A stretch of DNA of 64,000 bases from Octopus sinensis (Eukaryota). Position 1 is the stretch's first letter. Each line of letters opens with the position of its first letter. The notes below the pieces were generated by a model. It ran no database searches, was not told the origin of the DNA, and saw nothing but the letters and a program-made list of their open reading frames with translations. Positions 36,693-48,059 of this stretch are shown one piece after another. The DNA lies in assembly GCF_006345805.1 (NCBI RefSeq), contig NC_042998.1:105896001-105960000 (forward strand), in the 5' to 3' direction. The position numbers and the translations under genes were made by a program.

Positions 36693-38107
36693 TAAGGGAG
36701 ATGTTTAAAATGAATACAAAAAAATGCTGTATTTGGAAATATTTTGCCCTTCTTCTTTAATCCCATTTTGTGCTATACTACCAATAGAAGCCTCTTTGGA
36801 GAGATTTAGTAGCATATCAGTATTCTGTTAGAAACATATCAGTATTCTTCACTGAGCCTATTCCATTTCTTGTAAGTGGTCCCCTGTAACATTGAAAAAC
36901 ATAGTCAATGATGAAAGAAAAACAAACTGGTAGAGAGAAAGAGAGAGAGAGAAATGAATTAACCCTGGCATTTGACTGGTACTTTATTAATCGACCCCAT
37001 AATAAAAAAAATTTGATGTAGACACAAGGCTGATTGACCCTGAACTCAGAACACAGAGAATTGGGTCAAATACTGCAAATATGAAATCCAATGCAATTAG
37101 CAATTTATCTACCAATTACTTTAATCTTAAAAGTGTAGGGTAACTCCAGGTCAGCACAAACTGAACAGATATTTAATGAAAAGACATTAATCAGCTGTGC
37201 TTTATATGGACATTGTATATAGGAATACATTATCTCATATATCATTGCTGTGTTTAGATGATGGGATGTAATTTGAAGAAGTGCATGCTGTTATGGCAAA
37301 CAGGTTAAGTTAAAAAAAAAAGGGTTGTTGTTTAGCCCTAGGTCAGCCTGGATCAAATAGACATACAAGGAAAGACATTCCAGCTATGACTATACTGTTA
37401 TTTATATAAAACAATGTCTCAACCACATTATTGAATTTAGTCTTTTTTGTTAAAACGGTCAGATCTGATTTGAGGAAGGGAGATTTGGTTATTTTTTCTA
37501 TCAGGTCAAATGAACAGGAGTGTAAAACATATATATAGATTATAAAAAATGAAAATAGAAACCAGTAAAGCCATATTTTTATTAATTTGCTATATTCACA
37601 AGCAAGCTACCACTGATTATATTATATGGAGACAGCCAGGAAATACTTCCTCTATCTCACTAATGGCTAACAGTTCCAAAAGCTTTGTTAGAAATATTGG
37701 TGGTTATTTCCAGTTTCTTCATATTCTTTCTCAATCAATTCTAATATTTCTGTCTATAACATCAAATACTGTGCTTCTAGTTTCCACCAATTAATTCCAT
37801 TCTTCGAAATATGTTACCAAATAAGTAGATGTTGAATCTTATTTTAAAAGTATCAGAAAATATACATAAATATGGGAAAAGAAAACCATTTCCCTGGAAA
37901 GACTTACTTGAAATAAGATTATTCTAGAATAACTTTCTGAATGAAATTATTCATAATTTCATCATCTTAATTCACAAAATAATTTCATTCACTGATTTTG
38001 GAACTAAGCCCTAAGACCTGTTATGCACAGTACCTTTAGGGATTTCGCATGTTGTTGATTTCCTGTATCAAGCTGAACTTGCTTTGAGCAAAGCAGTTGA
38101 TTTAGTG

Positions 38108-38139
<32 letters not shown>

Positions 38140-39399
38140 AGTGGTAGTGGTGGTGGTGGTGGTCCCAAGATATTTCTGATCAAACAGACCTATCATCAAA
38201 GGCTTTCTAGAAATGAATATTTTTTTTATTTTTCATTTATTTTTCCCAGGTATAGAATATATTTTACGAGTGTTTGATTGGAGGAAGATTTAGTTGCTGT
38301 ATCTAGCAGGTCAAATGACATTTAAAGATTCCCTCATTAGCATGTTAACCATTAAGATTTATTTGTTTATGATCAAAAGCATTCCAGCCATGACCATTCC
38401 CTCTTTTTTTTTGGTATGTAAGACTACAACAGCAAGAAACCAAATAATGTAATCTTACGTACTGAAACATGTAAGATAAGATTACATTACATTATCTAGA
38501 AGCCATCTAACTCTGCACCCCCCATATGATCTGTCTTACTTCTACTCTAATTATGTGATTTTGAAGATCGTTAGGGTTATTTTAGCCAGTCTCTTTGTAT
38601 AGTCATTAACCAATCCATTTGGTTAGTGGTATTCATTCCATTTCTAAAAGATTGCTCCCCCTCCCCCCCCCGCCAGGCATTTACTCTATCTTTTGGGAGT
38701 GAGTGTTCTTTCACTTCCTCCCAATTAATGTTTTTATATCATCTTGATGCAATTTATTCTGCAGTAATTATTTCTAATTTTCTTTTCCTTTTTTCTTTTT
38801 TTTCAAAGCCCTATAGTTGCAGATTTTCATCAACATATATAGCAATATTGTTTCCTTTTCTTTCTTTTGTCTCTTATCCTGGTTTTACTTTTAGTCCATG
38901 TTTTAGACATTATTAATTTCTTTCTGATACTATTCACAGGATTTCTTTCGGATTTCATACATATCCTGGTTCTATCATATCTTAGAGTAATCTCTTTCTC
39001 TTTCATCTATAAGCTTTATCAGATGAATTTTTATGTTTCATTTATAAAAAGTCTATTGTGTATGTTGATTGTTTTATTACGAGGGAGGAATATAATTTCA
39101 CAAATGATATTTGGATTGTTACATAGAGCTGGATGTTAATAATATATTTCTGTAACATTCCTTTCCAATATTATCTTCAGTACTTCATTCAGTTACTTCA
39201 GTGAGCTCTAGTATTTTATTACTTTCTGGTTTCACTCCACATACTGTGAGCAGATTGACACTCCACTTGTAAGCAATGGTGACTTCACTACTTATTTCAG
39301 TCTGATACTTAATTTATCAACCTCTATTTTATAAATGGCTACATCTTATCTCTTTAGCATGAAGGTATATAACTTGACTCACTAATATACACTAGAAGA

Positions 39400-39607
39400 T
39401 ACAAACTGAAACACATACAAATACATATGTATACACAGGCAAATACATACATACATGCATACATACATTCATATATATATATATATACACACATATATAT
39501 ACTACCAATGCATCCTTGAGAACAATCTTTTCATAGTGGTCAGATCATATGAGTCTACATCTAGCATAATGGCTATCCATTTAGTGGTCATCCCTCTTAT
39601 ATGTATG

Positions 39608-39650
<43 letters not shown>

Positions 39651-39699
39651 CATAATATAAATAATATACATATATATATATATACATATATATATATAC

Positions 39700-39758
<59 letters not shown>

Positions 39759-39795
39759 TATATACATACATATATGTACATACTTTCATCTATAT
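39400..39795. repeat. (TA)n/(CATA)n tract
   Basis: Direct inspection. Confidence 0.93.
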
Positions 39796-40461
39796 ATATA
39801 TGCATATGTGGGCACAGGACATCATGAAACGTGTACAACAAAAAAGTACGAAGCACAAGTAAATGGAATATGAATTATACTTTTAAACAACAAAAGACAC
39901 AAAGAGAAAACAAAACAAAGAGTATAAAGAACGACCCTTCATCAGTTGTTGGCTGTTTTTCAAGTGTCATATTTCGAGCATTTAACAACAATATATGCTT
40001 TCGATAAAACAGTTGCTCCTGCAAAGCAAATTGAATAAAATTTGGGATTTTGCAGAGGGTCAGAATAGGTAACACAAACAGGACAGTAAAACAAACAGGA
40101 AGGACTGCTAAGCCTAAACAAGGTTGTGGTGGTGAAATCATAAGTCAAGCTAGGACAGGAGACAAACAAGAACGCATTTTCCTTGTTCCAGCTACAATGG
40201 AGAGAAAGAAAGATGGCCGATGGTTACATGGGAGTCACATGAGCAAGGGAGGAGGAGTGAGGGAGAGAGAGTGACAGAGTAATAGGATTGAATACAGGGG
40301 AAGAGGAAGTAAAAGAATAAGAGGGACAAAAAGAGAGAAAAATAAAAGAGTAAAAATACCATATAGAGTGTGCATATATATATATACACACACACACAGA
40401 TATGTATATATATACATATGTGTGTATGTATATAAATATATATATATATATACATATACAT

Positions 40462-40505
<44 letters not shown>

Positions 40506-40700
40506 TATATATATATACACATATACATACATACATACATATATATATATATATAGGAAATTTATAATTTTATAATTTAGTAATTTAAAAAATTTTTAAA
40601 TATTGTAAAAATTCATTAGGAAATTTTATATATATATTTTTATTCTTATTCTTATTTTTAAAAGAAGATATCTTAGAATTTGTAGGATTAAATTGGATCC

Positions 40701-40765
<65 letters not shown>

Positions 40766-40769
40766 GAAA

Positions 40770-40854
40770 AATAGCCTGAGGATGCACTGGTAGATTTATG
40801 TATTAGGTATAGCCTAGTAAAATAAACCACTAGGGCAGAAACACGTGTAGCATT
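40770..40854 (+). ncRNA. Type I hammerhead ribozyme candidate with complete core
   Basis: Stem I AAT(A)GC/GCATT; CTGAGGA 40776-40782; long stem II closed by TGC/GCA; GAAA 40838-40841; palindromic ACACGTGT stem III; GUA cleavage triplet. Confidence 0.7.
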
Positions 40855-41101
40855 GATTAATATTATCTTCTTTCTCCACAGACTAATTACAGGTAAGGTA
40901 TATATAATTTTTTTAAATATGCTTAAATATTTTTTAATTATTCTATTGTACTTTATTTTATTGTACATTATAGTAGGCTTTAAAATGCTTATATTATTAG
41001 ATTAGTATTTTGGATATACCTTTCTATGTGTACTCCAGTAAATAATGTTGTCCTGAAATTGAAGTTGTGGTCCTATTGATAAAATTCCAAATTTGTAATA
41101 A

Positions 41102-41151
<50 letters not shown>

Positions 41152-41156
41152 AATAA

Positions 41157-41405
41157 TCATCATCATCATTGTTTAATGTTCGCTTTCCATGCTGGCATCG
41201 GTTGGACGATTTGATCAGGGCTGGCAAGCCAGAAGGCTGCACCAGGCTCCAATCTGGTCTGGCAAAGTTTCTACAGCTGGATGCCCTTCCTAATGCCAAC
41301 CACTCTCAGTGTAGTGGGTGCTTTTTACATGCCATCGGCACGGAGCCAATCAGGTGGCACTGGCAACAATCACACTCAAATAGTGCATTTTACATGTCAC
41401 CACAT
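41157..41405 (-). mobile_element. RTE LINE 3' UTR fragment
   Basis: Matches 43700-43963. Confidence 0.85.
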
Positions 41406-41422
41406 GAGTGCCAATCATATAT

Positions 41423-41453
<31 letters not shown>

Positions 41454-41475
41454 TAAACGTATGTGTGTGTGTATG

Positions 41476-41510
<35 letters not shown>

Positions 41511-42245
41511 ATAAATGTGGGCACACATATATATACACATGCAATCATATATTTGTATATTTATATATATATATATATATATATACGGAGAGAGGAAGGT
41601 ACAGACAGAACCAGCTAGAAAAGATACATAGCTTTTCATCTATTATTTAGTAGATCTACATATGAAGGCATGTTAAAGGAGTTATTTACTACATTTGCTA
41701 AAATCATGTCATGAGACACATATATGTAATAAGAAAATTCTTGTAATAAAAATGATATACATATTTATATATAGGTTGGTAGATAAATGTATACTTATGA
41801 ATATGAATGGATAAAGGTTTAAATTCTTATACATATATTGTATATACCAGTGAAGAGATGCAATTATAGATATATAATATATGCATATATAAATATATCT
41901 ATGTATGTGTGTGTGTGTGTGTGTATATATATATACATGCATATGAGTGTGTGTATTCTAACGTGTGTGTTTTCATATATCATTATGCATAAAAAGAATA
42001 AAGCATGAACTGAGAAGGTATTCAATATATAGACATAGAGTATGAATATATTTTTATCAAAGCAAATGCTGACAATTCTTTTACATATAAAACTGCCAAG
42101 CTGCCAGTTATCATTTTTTTATACAGGCTACAAAACTCCTATTACCTAGACGATGGAAATGCAATGCAAAGACATGCATATGCAAGCAATCACACACACA
42201 CACATACATACACAAATCCAAACATGCCCATATATATGTGTGTGT

Positions 42246-42550
42246 GTGGAGGCATATGGCCTAGTGGTTAGAGTAATTGATTCACGGTCGAGGGATCACG
42301 GGTTCGAATCGCAGACTGGGCGATGTGTGTGTTTATGAGCAAAACACCTAAACACCATGCGGCTCTGGCAGAAGGTAATGGCAAGCTTCTGCTGACTCTT
42401 TCACCACAATTTTTTCTCACTCTTTCCTCCTGCATCTTGCAGCCCACCTGTGACAGACCCATGTCCTGTCTAGGTGGGGAACCTGTACGCCAAGGAAACC
42501 AGGAAACCAGCCCTTATGAACCAGGCATGGCTCGAGAAGGAACAAACAAA
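42246..42550 (+). mobile_element. tRNA-derived SINE (SINE-C group), full length
   Basis: A box TGGCCTAGTGG, B box GGTTCGAATCG, central atgagcaaaacacc, tail ..aaccagcccttatga..(aaac)n. Confidence 0.85.
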
Positions 42551-43022
42551 TGTGTGTGTGTGTGTGTGTGTATGAGTGTGTTAAATTTAAATAAGCAGAA
42601 AATGGAGAAAACTTTTGATCAAGAAACAAACAAATTGATCAAAATCAGTTGGTTATTTTTTAATACAAAATATGACATAACATTTCTTACAGCCGTTTCC
42701 ACTACCAATGTCAGTCAGTGCTTATGAAAAAAATTCCGAAAATAATATTCACCATCTTCCTAGCACATTCGATCTAGTACAGGGGGCATCATCAGAGTGA
42801 ATACAAATGCATAAAATAAAATGAACATTCATTAACTAAGAACACATGTGTTTGAAATGATTAATCGAAAATGCTCACTCACTAAGAAAAAAACTTCTTC
42901 TAAAAAAGGTTAGTAACATCCTGATAAAAGGCTTCATAACTTTTTTTTAAAAATAATGTTTTTAAAATAATCCCCTTTAGACTTAAAACACTGTATTATG
43001 TAATTTGCACAAAGACTTTCAA

Positions 43023-43069
<47 letters not shown>

Positions 43070-43088
43070 TATAAATATATATATATAT

Positions 43089-43930
43089 GGACCTAAGAAG
43101 CATCAGATGAGGTGCGCAAGAGAGACAACTGTGTTGGTATGGCCATGTGGCAAGAATGGATGTGGATAACTGTGTGAAAAAATGCCACACCCTAGCGGTT
43201 GAGGGAACCTGTGGAAGAGATAGACCCAGGAAGACCTGGGATGAGGTGGTGAAGCATGACCTTTGAATATTGGGCCTCACCGAGGCAATGACTAGTGACC
43301 AGGACCTTTGGAAATATGTTGTGCTTGAGAAAACTCAGTAAGCTCAAGTGAGACCATAACCTTGTAGCCTATGCCAGGGGTGTAACCACCCCAGTTATGA
43401 ATACCTTTCCTTCATTGGACACTAAACTCTGCTTGCAAAGACCTGTTGAGGCAAGTGAAATTGAAATCGAAATCAAATTCGATGACTGGCATCCGTTGCT
43501 AGTGGAGCGCTAAGAGTACCATATGAGCTTGATCGTTGCCAGAGCAACAAGCTGGCCTCCGTGCCAATGGCACGTAAAAGAGCACCTTTCAAGTGTGATT
43601 ATTACCTACTTCGCCTTACTGGCACTTGTGCTGGTGGCACATTAAAAAACATTTGAATGAGGTCGTTGCCAGTGCCACTGGACTGCCTCCTGTGCAGGTG
43701 GCACATAAAAAGCACCATTTGAGCATGGCCACTGCCAGTACTGCCTGACTGGCCCTCATGCCAGTGGCATGTAAAAGCACCCACTACACTCTCGGAGTGG
43801 TTGGCGTTAGGATGGGCATCCAGCCGTAGAAACTCTGCCAGATGAGATTGGAGCCTGGTGCACCCATCTGGTTCGCCAGACCTCAGTCAAATCGTCCAAC
43901 CCATGCTAGTATGGAAAGCAGATGTTAAAC

Positions 43931-43963
<33 letters not shown>
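43089..43963 (+). mobile_element. RTE LINE 3' end: ORF C-terminus, modular 3' UTR and (GAT)n
   Basis: RQLCWYGHVARMD.DNCVKKC...VEGTCGRDRPRKTWDEVVKHDL..LGLTEAMTSDQDLWKY. The UTR has repeated gtgccRgtggcac-gtaaaagcacc units. Confidence 0.9.
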
Positions 43964-43964
<1 letters not shown>

Positions 43965-44394
43965 GATATATATATATCAGGGATGTGCTGCCTGGGAAGA
44001 CAAGGTAGGCAGTGCCTACTCTGCATAAAACAGATCAATTGTAATAATTCCCTTTTATGGTAAAATATGCACCTAATTCAATAAAATTATGAAGGTTACT
44101 CTGATTACTACGCATAAAATACAAAATATTTTATCTTTTTGTAGATTAGTAAGCATAATTCATCCCTGTCTTTCAATCTCAGCATTAAAGCTATGCATAG
44201 AACTGCCTTAGTACACAGTGCTGCGTACATTCCTACAACATTTTCTTTACATTCAATAAAGGCAGAAGTAAATCTGCCTTCAATTCAGTCACGCACCTGT
44301 GTTTTGCATATTTTTTGTGTGTTTTACTATATAAACGTCACCAACAGCCTTTTGAGAGTTATTACTGGCGGCACATGCCTGATATATAAACATA

Positions 44395-44860
44395 TATCAT
44401 CATCATCATCATCATCATCATTGTTTAATGTTCGTTTTCCAAACTGGCATGGGTTGGACGGTTTGACTGAGGTCTGGAGAGCCAGCGGCTGCACCAGACT
44501 CCAATCTGATCTGGCAATGTTTCTACAGCTGGATGCCCTTCTTGATGCCAACTTTTTATGTGCCAGCAGCACAGGAGCCAGTAAGGCGGGCCTGGCATCG
44601 ATCATGTTCAGATAGTGCTTGTTATGTGCCACTGGCATGGGAGACAGTCAGGGGCACTGACCCCAGCTATGATATTGGTTTTACTTGACTCAACAGGTCT
44701 TCTCAAACATATCATATCGCACAACGCACCAGGGGTACTTTTAAATGAGCTGGACATGTGTGGCTGCGATCTCACTTTAGTTGCTGGGTCTTCTCAATCA
44801 CAGCATATCTCCAAAGGTCTCAGTCTCCTGTCATTGCCTCTGTGAGGTCCAATGTGAAAA
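44395..44860 (-). mobile_element. RTE LINE 3' end
   Basis: (GAT)n tail, UTR, and ORF end matching 50240-50345. Confidence 0.85.
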
Positions 44861-45620
44861 TATTCTTGGAATATTTTTTGTGTCACTCTGTCTCTTTCCT
44901 TTACTTCTCTTAATTTCCTGTCTCATTCTCTCTTTCTCTCTCTCTCTCTCTGTCTTTCTCTGTTACCCTTCTCCCACTACCACGAGACCCATTATGACCT
45001 AAGGTGGTGTCATTCCTTTTTGTGTTGCCTTTGACTGTACTGGACATGATTTTCTGAACTCCTCTCTCTACCTCTCTCATGTATAGTCCTTTAGAACAGT
45101 TTTCATTTCTCCTTCACATTACCCATTATTGCCTTGTCTTTCAGCCCCAAGGCTTTACATTGTATATGTATTATCATTGTTAATTGTTGTCTTTGTGTGG
45201 GCTTAAACCTTTATTCTGTTTATTGTTTTGTCCATCCACTAGCAGTCTCGTCTCAGGCCCATTTCCTTTTGTTAAGTCCAATTCCAAGCAAGTTTCTTGT
45301 TGGTGCCTCCAGAGTGGAAGCAATATTATCGATAATGGCTGAAATTGCATTTGACCCCTCTGGCTGATAACTGATGAAGAATTGGTGACCTGTGTTTTCT
45401 GTCAACCTGTGTATTTAGTATATGTTCGTTTGTTTATTTGCTGCCCCTTTTTTTATAGGTAGGTCATATTTTCCATTTATTGTCTTTATATTTAATCCTG
45501 CATATATATATATATATATTGGTAAAACGGTAAGATAACAAAAGAAAGAAAGAGACCTCAATATTATGTAAATAGAGGAAATTTATCTATACAATAATAT
45601 GTTACATTACTCAATAGTCA

Positions 45621-45680
45621 AGATAAAACTCTGAGTTTCAAATGCCGAAGTGGGAATCCACGACATCTCTTCGGTTATCT
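45621..45680 (-). ncRNA. Hammerhead-like motif (left arm copy)
   Basis: Reverse complement of 46358-46417 with a few substitutions. Confidence 0.45.
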
Positions 45681-46357
45681 GGCTATTTGAAAACGCTATG
45701 AAAAAATACCGTTATACAAAGGAAAATTACTGTGTTATAACTCTGCTTGCCTGCGTACTTATACATCGCTCGCATTTTTCGCCATAAAAATTATATAAAA
45801 ATACTTAAAAAATATATAAAAAATATATAAAAATATATAAAATCTTCTTGGGACATAACATAGAAAGCATGTTCTATCTGTTTTCTTTAGGGAACCAAAA
45901 ACGTAACAGAAATTTAGTCACATATAGGCATGATCCGAAAAGTTCTGTCCTTCTGTTTAGACATGTAGTAGGACAGAACTTTTCGGATCATATTCTTTGA
46001 TTTGTTTCAGTTATTTGACTGCAGCCATGCTGGACCACCACCTTTTAGTCGAACAAATCGACCCCAGGACTTATTCTTTGTAAGCCTAGGACAGAACTTT
46101 TCGGCTCATGCCCACATGTGACTAAATTTCTGTTACGTTTTTGGTCCCCTAAAGAAAACAGATAGAACATGCTTTCTATGTTATGTCCCAAGAAGATTTT
46201 ATATATTTTATATATTTTTTATATATTTTTTATGTATTTTTATATAATTTTTATGGCAAAAAATGCGAGCGATGTATAAGTACACAGGCAAGCAGAGTTA
46301 TAACACAGTAATTTCCCTTTGTATAACGGTATTTTTTCATAGCGTTTTCAAATAGCC

Positions 46358-46417
46358 AGATAACCGAAGAGATGTCGTGGGTTCCCACTTCGGCATCTGA
46401 AACTCAGAGTTTTATCT
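46358..46417 (+). ncRNA. Hammerhead-like motif, variant core
   Basis: Stem I AGATAA/TTATCT, core CCGAAGA (U4C), stem II GATGTCG/CGGCATC, extra T, GAAA, stem III CTC-A-GAG, GUU site. Confidence 0.5.
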
Positions 46418-46442
46418 TCACTTTTGAGTAATGTAACATATT

Positions 46443-46478
<36 letters not shown>

Positions 46479-47115
46479 GAGAGACAGACAGATAGATAGG
46501 CAAAGCCGTATGTTAAGGTCCCACCCAAAAAATTCCCAAAGCCAGTGAAAAGAGGTTGTTCAATATAAAATGTATTTACTGGTATCTGAAAACTTTTTTA
46601 GCTGTAAAAGAAGAAAAAAAATTTTTAAATCTCTTAAGTGAAAAGTACATAAAAAACCCTCAAATAACATTCAGACAAAACCTTTAAATATGATGCCAAG
46701 CTTTGATTACATAGTAAGAAATCATTATTGTCTTCTATTTTGCATGTTTGGTTAAATAGAGTAAGATGGGGTATATGTTATGTTGATGGGGTGTATGAAC
46801 TTTTATTACATTATGATAAAAGGAAGTCGAAAAATATAGAAAACAGAAAATATTGATAAAAAATTATGAGGGTTTACATGAACAGATTAAAACGTTATTT
46901 TTCTGCAAAAGACATTTTTTCATATGAATGGATAAATATATGTATATATACATATACTGGTTTTCCTTACTTTAACCTCCACTATTATCTGAAGATCAGG
47001 GATATGAAGCTCTTAATGGATGGATGATGAATTTTACATCTTCTAGTATATATATCTATGTGTGTGTTTGTGTGTGTGTGTGATGGCTTGTGTGTATGCA
47101 TGTGTGTTTGTATAT

Positions 47116-47153
<38 letters not shown>

Positions 47154-47154
<1 letters not shown>

Positions 47155-47545
47155 GGTGCAGGAGTAACTGTGTGATAAGTAGGTTGCTTACCAACCACAA
47201 GGTTCCAGGCTCAGTCCCACTGCATGGCACCTTGGGCAAGTGCCTTCTACTATTGCTTCAGCCCGACCAAAGCTTTGTGAGTGGATTTGGCAGGCAGACA
47301 CTGAAAAGAAGCCCATTGTGTGGTGTGTGTGTGTGTGTGTGTGCATGTGTGTGTGTATCTGTGTTTGTCCTCCACCATTGCTTGGTGTGTTTATATCCTT
47401 TATAACTTAGCAGTTCAGCATAGCAGAACGATAGAATAAGTACTAGGCTTACAAAGAATAAGTCCTGGGGTTGATTTGTTCAACTAAAAGGTGGTGGTCC
47501 AGCATGGCTGCAGTCAAATAACTGAAACAAATCAAAGAATATATA
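47154..47545 (+). mobile_element. SINE-A, full length
   Basis: Head aggtgcaggagtaactgtgtgataag; tail with private variants ggtggtggtcc, aaataactg, aatcaaagaat. Confidence 0.9.
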
Positions 47546-47664
47546 CATATACACATGTATATATATACATACATGCATACAAACATACATACATATATAC
47601 ATACACAGATACATACAGACACACAGGCACACATGTAAACATACACACACATTATTTGTGTGTG

Positions 47665-47712
<48 letters not shown>

Positions 47713-47983
47713 CAGTTCAGCATAGCAGAACGATAGAATAAGTACTAGGCTTACAAAGAATAAGTCCTGGGGTTGATTTGTTCAACTAAAAGGTGGTGGT
47801 CCAGCATGGCTGCAGTCAAATAACTGAAACAAATCAAAGAATATATACATATACACATGTATATATATACATACATGCATACAAACATACATACATATAT
47901 ACATACACAGATACACACAGACACACAGGCACACATGTAAACATACACACACATTATGTGTGTGTGTATATGTATATGTATAT

Positions 47984-48010
<27 letters not shown>
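47408..48010 (+). repeat. 302-bp direct tandem duplication (SINE-A tail plus TA/CA repeat)
   Basis: ttagcagttcagcatagc recurs at a 302-bp offset; identical ORFs at 47449 and 47751. Confidence 0.95.
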
Positions 48011-48029
<19 letters not shown>

Positions 48030-48059
48030 GTTAATGATTTATATGATAATTTGCTATAG

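Larger units (their letters stand above)
45520..46450. mobile_element. Inverted Penelope 3'-end duplication (long palindrome) in a (TA)n site
   Basis: Arms 45588-45951 and 46088-46450 are near-identical. Each begins with RTELFGSCPHVTKFLL, similar to the Penelope C-terminal LNKRSE..CRH..KFLL motif. (TA)n lies on both sides. Confidence 0.85.

Noticed and set aside
38850-39350. Possible ancient minus-strand LINE RT
   Set aside because: Only vague motif resemblance across many stops; cannot be supported without a profile search.
39930-40010. Minus-strand GAAATATG..CTGATGAAGGG, possible Penelope terminal repeat
   Set aside because: The motif order and pairing do not form a hammerhead; insufficient evidence to classify.
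42246-42325. tRNA gene
   Set aside because: A/B boxes are present, but there is no acceptor stem or cloverleaf and it continues into a SINE body; the same applies to the other SINE heads.
42745-42805. Minus-strand CTGATGA enclosed by a 7-bp stem TATTCAC/GTGAATA
   Set aside because: No GAAA-stem III-NUH arrangement.
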